Position numbers and translations under genes: made by a program
Shown here: piece after piece, positions 13,625 to 25,703 of the stretch
Layout of the letters: each line of letters begins with the position of its first letter
Position numbering within the stretch: the stretch's first letter is position 1
Source of the DNA: Phoronis australis
Taxonomy: Eukaryota > Animalia > Phoronida
Assembly (NCBI GenBank): GCA_002633005.1
Contig: NMRA01000018.1
Location: 1,251,531-1,315,530 of the forward strand
Length of the DNA stretch: 64,000 nt
Direction: 5' to 3'
Notes under the pieces: generated by a model
The model's database searches: none
What the model was told of the DNA's origin: nothing
The model's input: only the letters and a program-made list of their open reading frames with translations

Positions 13625-14013
13625 TTAGGCTTCGCTTAGAAGAGGTTGGACACCAGTTTTCAACTCCTCAAAAATCCTCTCCGCGTCTTTCATCATACTT
13701 TCCAATAACCCTGGTAATTTTCTCAAGTCTGTTATATTTTCATTACAGTTTTTTAAACATTGGGGCCCAGAAGCGCCCAAGCTCGCAGTCAATATGTCTC
13801 GCCTAAGTTGGTCTTCATCTTTGACAACTATTTGTATACTGTCGGCAACGCTAAGCGATTTGTCTAAAATCTCTCGAGTGAGCATATTGGCCACGTTGAA
13901 ATGGACGAAAGCGGAAATCACAGATTCGGAGCCGGAAAATTGCTTGCTCTCGTAACTTATTTCCATGCAGTATTTGAATTTCCTCACCAGGCTAGGATTC
14001 GCTTGTCTTTCGT
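13625..14013 (-). CDS. Duplicate copy of the terminal exon of the uncharacterised 251-aa protein (probably allelic assembly duplicate)
   Basis: Translation is identical to exon 15444-15832, with the same tttcag acceptor and TAA stop. It lies inside the N-joined duplication. Confidence 0.6.
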
Positions 14014-15443
14014 CTGAAACAATTCAAAAGTAAAACTGGTTACGGCAGACTAAATCAAGGTCATTTGTTACATACTAGGTTCAANGACGATGTGAATGTG
14101 AAGTAGGCCTACGTTGAAAATTGCCAAATGTTTTTAAGTACAAGTTTTGTGTCGAAAACGATCCGCTATGTGAGTCCCCACATTTGGAAGTGGACAATAA
14201 ATACAACTGCGCTTTGTTTAGCGTATATAGTGTTCAAATAGCATTGTTGTTTAGTTTCTGCTATACATTAGTATAGTTAGGAGCATGCAAATACATCTTT
14301 AAGCGAACCATGGCTGAGCGGACAGCTGATGTGCGAAAATACGACAGATAGTTTAATCAATAGTTTTGTCCTTGGCGTGAGCTGTCAAATCGGAGTAAGA
14401 CAGATCAGCTCACAGTTATATGTCTGGTTTGACCCTTATATAGAAACAATAGGCCTACAGTCCGGCTGTGTTGTGCAATGATGTATAATTTTGATCAAGA
14501 TTGTTTAGGTCGGACGAAATTTGTAATTGCTTTAACTCGTGGGTTGCATCACTTGAAAAACTTGATGTCGATTCTCATAAAAACCCAATTTTCGTGACTA
14601 TATGGAAAATCAACGTTTTAAAACATAGTACAAAGGAACATTGCAAAACGTATTTGTGAAGGAATTTGTAGAGACAAATCTACTTGTTACTTGTTCGATG
14701 TAGACAATTTCATGAAGGCTAAAGTGCCATCCAAATTACGGGGTAGCCTAGAACATTTCTGGAACGAGTTGACACCTGGTACGGTAGTAGTGTGAACGCT
14801 ACTTGTGCTGGGTCAACTTGACACACTTGAGACAACTTGATCGAGGTAGGGTAAATTAGTCCTAGACTAACTTGCCCAAGCCCATCGTAGTGTGGACCCA
14901 ACCTGCAGATCAAGGCTGATTTACTAGCCATGCGCTTGCTCATCATAGTGTAGTATGTTCAGTGTGGACACGAGGCTGAATGGGAAATTCGTAGTATGGA
15001 CAAACCTTAGGAGACCGCATATGTTCGAAGGGTAAGCAAGGGCATATTTATGTATCTAGTTAAATATAGGGCCTTTATTCGACTTTAAGCCTATGTGTGT
15101 CTTCAGAGCTTGACGAAACGCGCAAATGCAAAAGACTGTGTTGTTAAACAGCATGTAGATTAACAAGACAAATTTATCCACAATTCAACATATCAAAAAG
15201 AAAACAGTTGTATAAAATAAGACAATAACGAAGACAGTGGACACGCTAATGCCACAATATGACACGCTGCTAGCGCGTCTCCGTGTCACGTTTTACAAAA
15301 TAATCACTTGTTTGAAAGATTGCTCAATGGTAATATTTATATCGTAAAAATATTGTAATCGAAAAACATTATTAAGACTTATTCGTTTTGAGGTTTCACT
15401 GAAAAATTATCAAATGTATACAAACATTTCCAGTAACTGGGTT

Positions 15444-18400
15444 TTAGGCTTCGCTTAGAAGAGGTTGGACACCAGTTTTCAACTCCTCAAAAATCCTCTC
15501 CGCGTCTTTCATCATACTTTCCAATAACCCTGGTAATTTTCTCAAGTCTGTTATATTTTCATTACAGTTTTTTAAACATTGGGGCCCAGAAGCGCCCAAG
15601 CTCGCAGTCAATATGTCTCGCCTAAGTTGGTCTTCATCTTTGACAACTATTTGTATACTGTCGGCAACGCTAAGCGATTTGTCTAAAATCTCTCGAGTGA
15701 GCATATTGGCCACGTTGAAATGGACGAAAGCGGAAATCACAGATTCGGAGCCGGAAAATTGCTTGCTCTCGTAACTTATTTCCATGCAGTATTTGAATTT
15801 CCTCACCAGGCTAGGATTCGCTTGTCTTTCGTCTGAAACAATTCAAAAGTAAAACTGGTTACGGCAGACTAAAGCAAGGTCATTTGTTACATACTAGGTT
15901 CAAACTCAGATTGGCTACAGTCAAATTGAAATTATAAGGGATAAAGTAAAAATGCTACTAATAATCCCACATTTCCCTTCGAGAAGCGAAATTTTGATTT
16001 AGGCCACTTGCCTCAAAATTTTCCATACACAAATGAGAAGTGCTTTCTGGGTTTATACAAAAGAACCGACGGTTCGTTATTCGTAGAGATTATGCTCCGC
16101 GCATTAAACGACACGCCATGACACCAACTTTTAACGACACGCCATGACACTCCAACTTATAGCGACACGCCATGACACNAAGCCTGATCTCAAAAAATAA
16201 CAAACCGTAAGTTCTTTAGAAGCCCTGAAATCACCCCCGAGGAACGGAAATTTTTAGTGATGAGAGGTGGGCTTAATATTTTCATCTAGTAACTCCATTC
16301 AAAGCGTTTGCATCAGGCCGTATGTTGGGGGGGACACTGGTGCTTTAACTCAGTTTCCGGTCTCATAAGGTCATTTTGCGTAAAAAATTCTGAAACGAGC
16401 GCTGTACACATTGACGTCATACAGAGATAAAAAGCTTTAAATGAGCAATAAATCTCACTTTCGTCACTAAAACAATTTTTGATTTAGACCCCTTACCATT
16501 AAGAAAAATTGGTTTCAGTTTGTTGCTGAGTCACACTGGCTTCGAAAGAACTGACACTTCGTTTTTCACTGAGACCATGCTCGGCGCATAAAATGACACC
16601 CGTGACAAGAAACTTGTAGAACCTGGTCTCAAGCAATAATGAACTGTCATTTATTTCGCAGCACTGAAATCAAATCCAGTTTGTCTTAAGGAACCATTTC
16701 AGACCAATTTCCCAACGGTAAGTGGTCAAAATCAAAAGTTGTTTTTTGTGATTGTCGACGGGTTTATTGTCACTTTAAATACCTGATAGCAGCGCCATCT
16801 TTGACGGTTTATTGTCGCTTTAAATACGTGATGGCAGCGCCATCTTTGACAACCATACTATTAATAAGTCGAGTAAGCATTCCTAAAAACGCATGACAAA
16901 GCCACGGGACCAAATGGAGTTCATTGACTACTTCAACAGGAAAATATGCCGTTGATAACCTGACTTATCGCGCTATGCTATTTCAGTTCTTATCAAAGTT
17001 GTAAAGCCCGCTACGCAGAGGCTCAGTGGCTCAAAAACAGAAGGCTCAAAGTACAACGTTGAGTTCCGTAGACACTTGCCTCCTCCCCCCCCACCCCTGG
17101 TTCGTCAACCAAACGCATCCCGAGTGCTTCTTATGGCTTGCGGCATACTATGGAGCAGAGTAGTGGACACTTCTCTGACACTTAGTGATAGTCAATGGAA
17201 TTTTATTTAACAAGCGTAGGTATGAAACAAAATACAAATCAGCGAGAGCGTTTCTGCCCCTGAAAATCTGTTTGCGAAGCCACTCACGTCTCATAAACCT
17301 ATTCAACGACATAATTATTTATACAAATATGGACTAAAATATTACATACCAAATGCCACCTGGAATTTGAGGCAGGAAAATAAAAAGCAAACTTCTCATG
17401 AGTTGATGAGAACCTTAAAAACACCCCGAAAAATGAGTTCCCTTTGGAACTTGCAGGTGTTTTGTGCAATGGGCTCAACCATGAGGCCTGCGCACGTCTG
17501 ATGCACCGCAAATGACATCAGACCACCTGCACTGTTTTTTGTTTTTTTTTTTTAACTTGCAGCATTCGCTTGACAAGTCTCATTTATGTTCGCCATGTAT
17601 GCCGTGATGTACAGTGAATATCCATTCACAGAGATGAAAGATTGGGTTAGCGAGAATGATCGTTTATTGTGACGTAGCAATAGCTCTGAAAACATGGGCA
17701 AGACAGTTCATGACTATTCGAGGAAAAAAGTCTTATAACAAATTACGCATTTGCCGTTTACAAGATCAAAGTGCCTTTTCCTCAGTGAATGATCTAGGAA
17801 ACTGAAATCGTAAATTCTCGTGACGTAAACATTTCACAGCTTACCGCATTGTTTCTTGATTTCCTTGAAGCAGTCTATCAGTGACACAGAAGGATTATCT
17901 GGGAAGATTTCTGACTTAATGAGTACCAGCTCTTCCACAAGTGATGTCCGCTTCTCGAGAATGTTGTTGAACAGTTTGGCATGATCCTGTGTCGTCATAG
18001 AAATGCCAGATCATTAAAATGGGAAAATAATGTTTTATCGGAGCTACTGATGAAAAGTTTTGACCATAGATCAGTTCTAAGGTTTAAAAATCTTTGAACG
18101 AAACCAAATGATGACGTGTAATCTTCGCCAACTCACAAAAGTTGGAATTAGTTTGACAACAATTTACCAACGTTGCTAAAACAGCAAGTCTGAGTGTCAT
18201 CGTGCCATGGGGCAATTAATGGGCAGGTGGAAGGCAGCATAAGTCAAACCGCAGAATCCACTTATAAAGCCTTGTCCAAAAACGTTGATTTAGCCGTACA
18301 CGACTTAGTAAAAGACTCTCAAATAACGTATTCTATTCGACTAATCAGACAATGTATACAGGTGTTCCCACAAGGCTTATCGAGCTAAAAAGAAGTGCTG

Positions 18401-21400
18401 ATAAAAATCTGCACACGGCAATCAGAACGTGTAGAATTTGCAGGTCCGAAAATTGTACTGTATTGCCAAGCTATTAGACCCATGGGCATCTGTGCGGAAC
18501 TGCGCTTTTATGCGAAACTTTGGCGCCAATATGCGAACTAAATGGGTAAAAAGGCAGCGAAAATGGAGATTATTTCCGATACAGGTCCATGAGCTTAAAG
18601 GTGTGACAACACGGTAATACAAAAATATCTGTTATAACGTTTCTTGAAAATAACCCAAGGAAAGATACAGACTCAAGCGTAAAAAATGCCTAAGGAGGCA
18701 AAGCTGTAGTCAAAATGGGTACGCCTATATGCGAACTAATGTATGGGCCTATGCATTGGGATTATATACGAAACTTAGGCACATGCGCCAATATGGGAAC
18801 CACTTGACCACGAAAAAGGCATTATTAAGGATATAGACCCATGGTCCTAAAGGCACGGCAATACGATAAGCCGTATAATCGTAGAGGTCGTGTACAAAAA
18901 CTCGGGATCAGCAGACGAGGCTTGAAAAGGTACTCAACCCTGTTTTGGTAATTTTAACCAATTCTCGTTGTCACCTGCTAATTACCAGCATCATTGTCGT
19001 CTCACCTGTGTGATAAAAGCAGAACTCAACTAAAAACGCATACTCAGTGTGTCACCGATTGAATATTACGGTCCTTGGTGAGTGGTCTTTTCCCACAGTT
19101 GTCGTGCAATTCGCTAAAAGCGTAGGTCACGCTTGCCAGTTAACCAGACTTTCAAGGAGTTTTCAAACTTTGATCCAAGCTTTTGAGGGATGTCAAGGGT
19201 TACAGGGCATTATTTTTCACTGCGAGAACTGGATGGGAAAGTCGTTTTTTGAATATCTGTTAATGGGCGGGTTTGTTATTCTTTAACTAGAGTTTGTACA
19301 CAGGTTGTCAGAAAATGTTTCGAAATAAAATTCGTTTAAGACCTCAGTAGTATGAGACAGGCTTTGTTCCGGCGATTTTCGTTTACCAGACACAGCTGGG
19401 GTCGTTGGTCAGTCACTGCGTATTACATTTGAAACGAGATCAAGTGAAATGGCTGTGTGCATAAAAAGATCACCTGCAGGAGTATAGCCAATACTGGCTT
19501 TGATGCTACACGTGAACGTTCCCATCACGAGCGCTAGCATCGGTGAAATACGAAAATCGGAGTCTACAGATATGGCTTTAGGGGATGTTTCAAAAGCTGA
19601 ATAATAATAGTGAAAGGCGGGACGAACTCAAACGTAAATCATACAATGTCAATGACAAGTGACAAAATCAGGGTTACATTCCGCAGACTCAATAAAAGAC
19701 AATCGCCAGAAAAACCTAGTGCGATCACGTGTTTCTTTGTAAAGCATGGCGAACACGTTTGATTTAGCTTTTTCGCAAAATTCTTGCGTTCGTGGAGAGC
19801 AACCCAGTTTTGAGTGAAATCATCAAAAGGCGGCGGTACTCCCATAGAAGAGGTATGTGGTCACTTAACCGAGCGTGAGTTTTGTAGAGGCGAGAATCTC
19901 GCAACCTGAACCCGGGAACATGCAGGACTTCGGAAGATATTACAGTCAAAGCATATTACAACACTATAGTTTCCTTAGCGAGATTCTTGCGTCGACGAAA
20001 CTCTACCCAGTTTCCTCGCGAAAGGACACCTTTTCTGACAAAATTCCCATCGAAAGGGTGCCTTTTCCCATTTAATACCTCCCAAAAGGGTTCAATTTGG
20101 AAGTTCGCCGGAAACTCTAAGAGTTCCTTTTCCAACTCAACACAAACCAAACAACTGACTCGTTCTTAACAAAGTGTGTATTTTTCAAGGTCGGCGCTGT
20201 TTACCCGATAAGACAGCCAAATAAGCCAGTTTTTGCTATTTAGCCGACAGGTCGGTCAAATAACCCGACATTTGCTCATCCGGACAAAGCATTGTAGATT
20301 TTTAAGACGTCCCGGCTTGACAGTCAAATAATCGGTGCTATTCACCCGACAAACTTTACAAAGATCCCATTGGCTAACACCACGCTACATGTCCTTGTCA
20401 GTCAAATAGTGAGATTTTTGGTGTTCACCCGGCAAACTTTCGGCGATGAATGTAAGGTCACACGCTTGTCGGACAGATATACAGCTATTTGCCATTTAAC
20501 CGACAAACATAGGGTCCATCGTAGCGGACACACCTTGTCGGCAAAGTAGTAATAGATTCTTGCTATTCACCGCACTCAGTGGTAAACATCATTGTCACAC
20601 CATGTCAGCTAAATAATCAGATATTTTCTATTCACCCCACAAACTTCCATAGATTATAACTTCAGAATTACATTTTTAGCCACATAAACAGGTGGCCTAT
20701 GTTATCTGTTTCCTCGAGGAATAAAATGTACTCATAAAGTTGCCAAAATTGGTGATATGAAGATAGAAACTAACTTAGGGAAACGGATATTCGAAATGAA
20801 ATCCATCGTACACGTCACTCAGTTACACAATTTCAAAAGAATTTTCATGAGCAAATTGTTCGTGGCCGCACAGTTCTTTTTAAAAAGTCAAACCCAACAA
20901 GGTAAGCACGATTACCAATAAATTGTCACATACATTGATCGTACAGTTTATCTAGATGTGCTTAGTATAGATTACCTAATCTGTCATTTCATCCCACTCA
21001 CAGTGACCTTGAAAACACTTTTTTCTTTGTGCTAGTCTTGTCTCGTAACCACGTTACGTAAGAGTTTGTCAGGTGAATAGTAAAATCGTCTTATTTGATG
21101 GAAAAGGGACATCTAGTGACCAATATGAGCTCGCTGAAAAGTTTGTCGTATTTGGCAGACTTGTTGGGTGAATAGTCACTTTCGTTTTTCTACAACTTTG
21201 GTTATTAAAAAATGATTAATTGCAGGCGGTCTGATACACGTTGTACCACACGTGCGCAGGCCTCGCATGTGGGCCCATTGCACTGATCACCTGGAAATAT
21301 GTTTGCTTTATTAATATATCGTTAAAACCGAGCTGAGGAGCTAGAAACCTGGCTCAAGGGTTTAGCAGTGTGACCTGGAGTGACTCGAACCCACGACCTC

Positions 21401-23734
21401 GAGTAAAGAAAGCGGGCACTTATCAACCAGGCCACACTGTCTCCTCACAACTTTGGTTACAAAGATATACTCATTTTTGAAAGCATATCATCTCACCTGA
21501 ACTATTTCAAGCAGTAATGAGTTGAAAATTCAGCTGTAAAGAATCCCTATATATGAACCGTTTGAAGGAGTGACTGTTTCATGGAAGCTCCCGAAAAATC
21601 GCTCCCTTTTTCTAACCAACTCTCAAAATGGGTAGGTATCTTAATTTTCCAGCAGCACCTCTCTTCAAAATTATAGTCGGGTACAAGTTTAGTATCACTT
21701 TAAAGAGTATATTGTGACGGTATCATGCGCCCATTTGGGCCAAGGCGCCTCTATTCAAAACAATTTTTCTTTTTCAAAAATCGCGCATGGGCGCATGCCT
21801 ATGCCAGTTTTCAGTTGTGCATTTAACGTACTTTTTCTAAAAGGGCTTTTCAATTAATTAAACGAACAAAGATCTGCCGTGAGGCATTCACTCACCTGCT
21901 CATTTGTAGCCTCGGCACAAAGCTGTGTACTAAATATACAGCTCTGTGTATTTTGACGATAGTCTACATACAGCTAGGTGGCTAGCTAGCTAGTCCATTT
22001 GCTGCTTTCGTATATGGGCACATGCGCTGAAAATTCGGTTATGGACACAGTTTCACATTCAAGTGCATGAGGTGATTGAACGCGCGCGTGGTGGTATATC
22101 ACTTACGGCAAATAACTTGTTTATTGAAGTCAGACGACAGTCTCGCATTTCCACAGGAGTTAAGTCATCTAAGGGGTTACCTGCAATAGCGTAATGACAA
22201 TGTCGGATGAGGATGATGATACTGATGACAATGATGAGAGTAACTGGCACATTGCTTTCCGTAAAAGCACCCTGCTACAGACAGGCTGAGGTCCGGCGGA
22301 AGACGCATTGGCGAATAAAGCTATTGAGTGGTCGCGTGCTTCGCTTGTATTTCGCGAAGACTGGATGATCTCGCGTTTTCGCGAGTTTCCTGCGTGTGTT
22401 CCGATGACGCGAGAAACTCGCGAAAACGTATTGCAAGTGAAACACAATCACACTAGCTTCCGTCACGAGATTCTTGCGTCAACGGAACAAAGCGCAGGTT
22501 CAAAAGAAAGCGCATAATTAATAACCAAGTTTTATATAGTACAACAAGTCCACGTGAGGCCTAGTATAGCCCCACCATCCATGACGTTATCATTGCTTCA
22601 ACAAAATAGCGGGCGGACGCTGACCAAATACATAAATACTGTATATTCAGCCAAATGTAACATGATAAGGTATTTTCGCATATGATCTGATGACACAAAT
22701 AATCGTGGAATTACTTCAATTATCGATTTAACGGAAATTTAGAGCACAATGTAGCGGCTGAGATGAGCGGAGTTTCTGGCTGTAAAAAGAGATGGGTGAC
22801 GTCTCCCCGCTATCACCCATTGACCCCATAAATAGGATGTGTTAATTCGCTCTAATTAATATTCGCATTTAAACGGGTACATGTTATTTTAGGTGGGTTA
22901 TCTATATGATCCCAGGAAGTACTTAAGCAACACAATTTAATCACCCAAGTGCCGCAGCGGAGGTCGTCTAATGATATGTGAAGAAGGTGACCTGCAGACA
23001 ATGGGTCACCGCGAGAACACAAAACGACATTTGAAAGAAAGACAATGAGAACGAGTGACGCTCAAAACATATTGCAACAACCAAATTGACTACATCTGTT
23101 CAGTGGCTTTAACGGAAGTCTCTTCTGATCACTTAGACAAGGTAGTAAGACAAGAGTAAAAATGTGACCCACTGAGCCAAGGAACGGCTCGGAGTCTGGA
23201 CTCCGGACTCTCGATCACTTCAGTGTTTACCTGTAGACCTTGCTTTAGGACGAGATGACCTGGCGGATTTAGCAGGTTGTGATACTGGACCCCCGTGTAA
23301 CAAAGGTGTGGTTTCGCTAGCATTAGACCTAGGTGGCTGAAAATCAAAATTTAGCGCCGTCAAATAGTTGACACATTTCCGGCTAAAAACGCAGAGAGCA
23401 ATTGAACATTTTGGCCAGGCCAAACTAAAAGAGCCAGTTATTGTTACAGTCTATCGCTCAATGCAAAATGAACAATGTGCGAATCTTCTGGCAAAGATCG
23501 AATAATGGGTCTTTACTTACCGTCAAAGCACAGACTAAAGAAGTAAAGAAGTAGGTCACGACTACGGCGGTTTGCATGACTGTGAAGTGTGAAGCCGGCA
23601 AACCAAAATACTACTGTTTGTAGACCTATTACATCACCAGCGCACACACGAAGTTACAACTGACTGAGCAATTTCAGAAAGAAGCCTACCTCATTCTTCG
23701 ACTGGCCACCTAAACAATCACATAGATTGCCCAT
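15444..23734 (-). CDS. Uncharacterised ~251-aa alpha-helical protein with predicted N-myristoylation/palmitoylation signal
   Basis: Exons 23690-23734 (MGNLCDCLGGQSKNE), 23231-23336 (PPRSNASETTPLL...KARST), 22107-22180 (GNPLDDLTPVEMRDCRLTSINKLFA), 17845-17986 (DHAKLFNNILEKR...FKEIKKQC) and 15444-15832 (DERQANPSLVRKFKY...QPLLSEA*). All are GT-AG, with consistent phases 0/1/0/1, and total 756 nt. Confidence 0.82.
17457..17553 (+). mobile_element. 5'-truncated copy of T-tailed SINE
   Basis: Homologous to the 3' part of the element at 21205-21446. It ends in a T run (17535-17553) and is flanked by the 9-bp direct repeat aacttgcag (17448-17456 / 17554-17562). Confidence 0.75.
20180..21180. repeat. 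Degenerate motif array with inverted counterparts (probable transposon subterminal repeats)
   Basis: The motif ~tgctattcacccgacaaactt recurs about 7-8 times between 20185 and 20650, and in reverse orientation at ~21063-21082 and ~21160-21178. Confidence 0.6.
21205..21446 (-). mobile_element. Full-length tRNA-derived SINE
   Basis: The minus-strand head has A-box TGGCCTGGTTGA and B-box GGTTCGAGTC, and the 3' end is T-rich. The 13-bp target-site duplication acaactttggtta lies at 21192-21204 and 21447-21459. Confidence 0.85.
22374..22428. repeat. Perfect 16-bp inverted repeat (MITE remnant)
   Basis: cgttttcgcgagtttc ... gaaactcgcgaaaacg. The adjacent motif gagattcttgcgtc is also found at ~19980. 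Confidence 0.7.
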
Positions 23735-23779
23735 AATCCAAAATCTGGAGTACAAATCACAGCTCCGTCATAGTTCACT

Positions 23780-23814
23780 GTCATGTGACTTGCTCACATG
23801 ACCAGTTCGGAAGT
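23780..23814 (-). promoter_or_regulatory. Putative proximal promoter of the 251-aa gene: two M-box/E-box sites plus ETS site
   Basis: gtcatgtgac (23780-23789), inverted tcacatgac (23794-23802) and cggaagt (23808-23814), all 45-80 bp upstream of the ATG. Confidence 0.45.
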
Positions 23815-25703
23815 CAACAGAAATAGCGCACTCTGGTGTCACAGCGCACGTTGACCCGTTGGTCCCGGGGGGAAACAGTGAAACATTTTATTTTAAGTTG
23901 CAGTTGGTCATTTTCGACTCGACTGACAATAAACCCACCGGGACCAAGGGAATAGTTGCAACTATTACTAAAAGAGGCTTAAGAAAGGAACGTGAGCAGA
24001 TTTCTGCCCAAATGACCAGTATAAACGACCTAGTCACGCGTGAAAAGTGCTGCTCTTAACCGAGAACACCGGCCAGCACTGAAGAAGAATTAAAAGTAGC
24101 AAGTAGTGAAAACGGATTGGGCAAACACTTATGTGAAGAACCGTGACGAATTTGTCCCACCATCGTGTGGTCCATGGTATGCCAGGTACACAACTCGCTA
24201 CAAAAATTGGCGGGGTGTAGGCCTACAACCTGTAGCGTGCATGGACTTGAGAGGTTTAGTGATGTTAGGGGCGATTCTTTATTGGATGCCCCTCTGTCTA
24301 CTCTAGTACTAAGAAAAGTAAGAAAGATGAAACATGAAGTAGAAATTTTATCCCCTTAACTACATATCAGCCACAATTTCCATAGGTTAGTTTATCATAT
24401 TCTGTGATTGGATGCACTCCGCCACTGGCAATGGGGGATGTCGGGGCCCTCGCCCCAACCCCCCACTCTGCACGCTACTGTGCACATTTTGTGACTTGAC
24501 ACTGAAATCAAGACTGTCGAGGTCACAACTGGCCCAACATTTTTGTACATAAAAACGAAAGTTCATCAACTAAATGACAGCAAAATAGTTTATTAACTGC
24601 AGTCAAACTGACAGTAAGCTTTACAATAAATAATGGGTTAGTATATTTTACAATATCAACAATCTGTGCAAACACTACACAAAGCAGTCCTGCTACTGAC
24701 GGAATACTACGCAACTGGAAATCCAAAATAAACAAGAATTTCATTAAAACAAACCAGTATCCAGTGCATAGTTCAAGTTTCGTAAAAAAGACGTCAAGAC
24801 CACATAAATCTTAAAATAACAACGTAACATTTCGTGAAGTACATAAAAAAGTTGATACCTCACAAAATTTGTGGCAAGCACAACCACAGGAATAAGCAAT
24901 GAGTAAAAAAGGAATCTGATTAGCAAAAGGAACTTCATGATTAGTAACTGAACCCATTGGAATGTTGCTAATACTTCCATACGCTGATTCACTAAGCCTA
25001 TTTCGGAGGCCCCCTTCCTCACTAAGTAACGACATCGGCGCGTTTACGAGTTGGATTAGAATGCAAATCAGAGCCGTTTTAATTAATAGAGAAGTCGCGC
25101 TCAAATAGTGAACTTCATACCAAATTATTTCTCTTTCAAAATTCAATAACTTCCAACTCGACAGTTCGCCCAACGGCAACGACTGCGGGACATCGAAATA
25201 GTGAAGAAAATGAGAAGGCCCTACCTACAAAACCCTGTTTTAACCTCTCAGCAGATATTCTAAAACTGAACGAGGATTAAAGTAAAAAACATTATAAAAG
25301 TACAAGATCACTTGCATCTTTGAAACAAAATAATGTTCTGAAATCTAAACCTCCAAATGTTTGGAACAAGATAGCGAGACCTGATAAAGTCTGCTAAGAC
25401 GGTAAGAACGACTGGCCCTTTAGCCAGACCACGACTATGGATACAATGAGGAAATTAATTCTAACTGAATATTTTTATTTCTACTGGATGTAGGCTGTAA
25501 ATAATGCAATATCAGGTGACAGAATCACACTTAGGTGAAATCACTGAAATAGAGTTTATAATCTTTTAAACACTTCTTCACTGAGAGGCGGCGCACCATA
25601 GGGGGCTGGGAGGGCCATGTATAGTCCCCATTTTTTAAGTGCTGCGAACCCATGCTCTTGGTATACTCATACACAAGACTAAACCAGTGGTCCCATTATG
25701 CAA

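Larger units (their letters stand above)
11740..15903. repeat. Apparent tandem duplication (11740-14084 vs 14086-15903), likely uncollapsed haplotypes
   Basis: Near-identical copies joined by a single N at 14085. They differ by SNPs, small indels and a ~0.5-kb block (~12193-12709) present only in copy 1. Confidence 0.9.

Noticed and set aside
13625-14013. Second paralogous gene
   Set aside because: Only the last exon is duplicated, it translates identically, and it sits in an N-joined duplicate. More likely an allele.
21328-21365. Hammerhead-like CTGAGGA...GAAAC
   Set aside because: There is no stem II between the core boxes and no convincing stems I/III.
21373-21446. Possible tRNA gene
   Set aside because: Acceptor, anticodon and T stems do not pair. 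It is the head of a TSD-flanked SINE.
21896-21929. Possible micro-exon TQLCAEATNEQ (-) with gtgagt donor in the 251-aa gene
   Set aside because: The acceptor phase is incompatible with the flanking phase-0 junction and would shift the frame.
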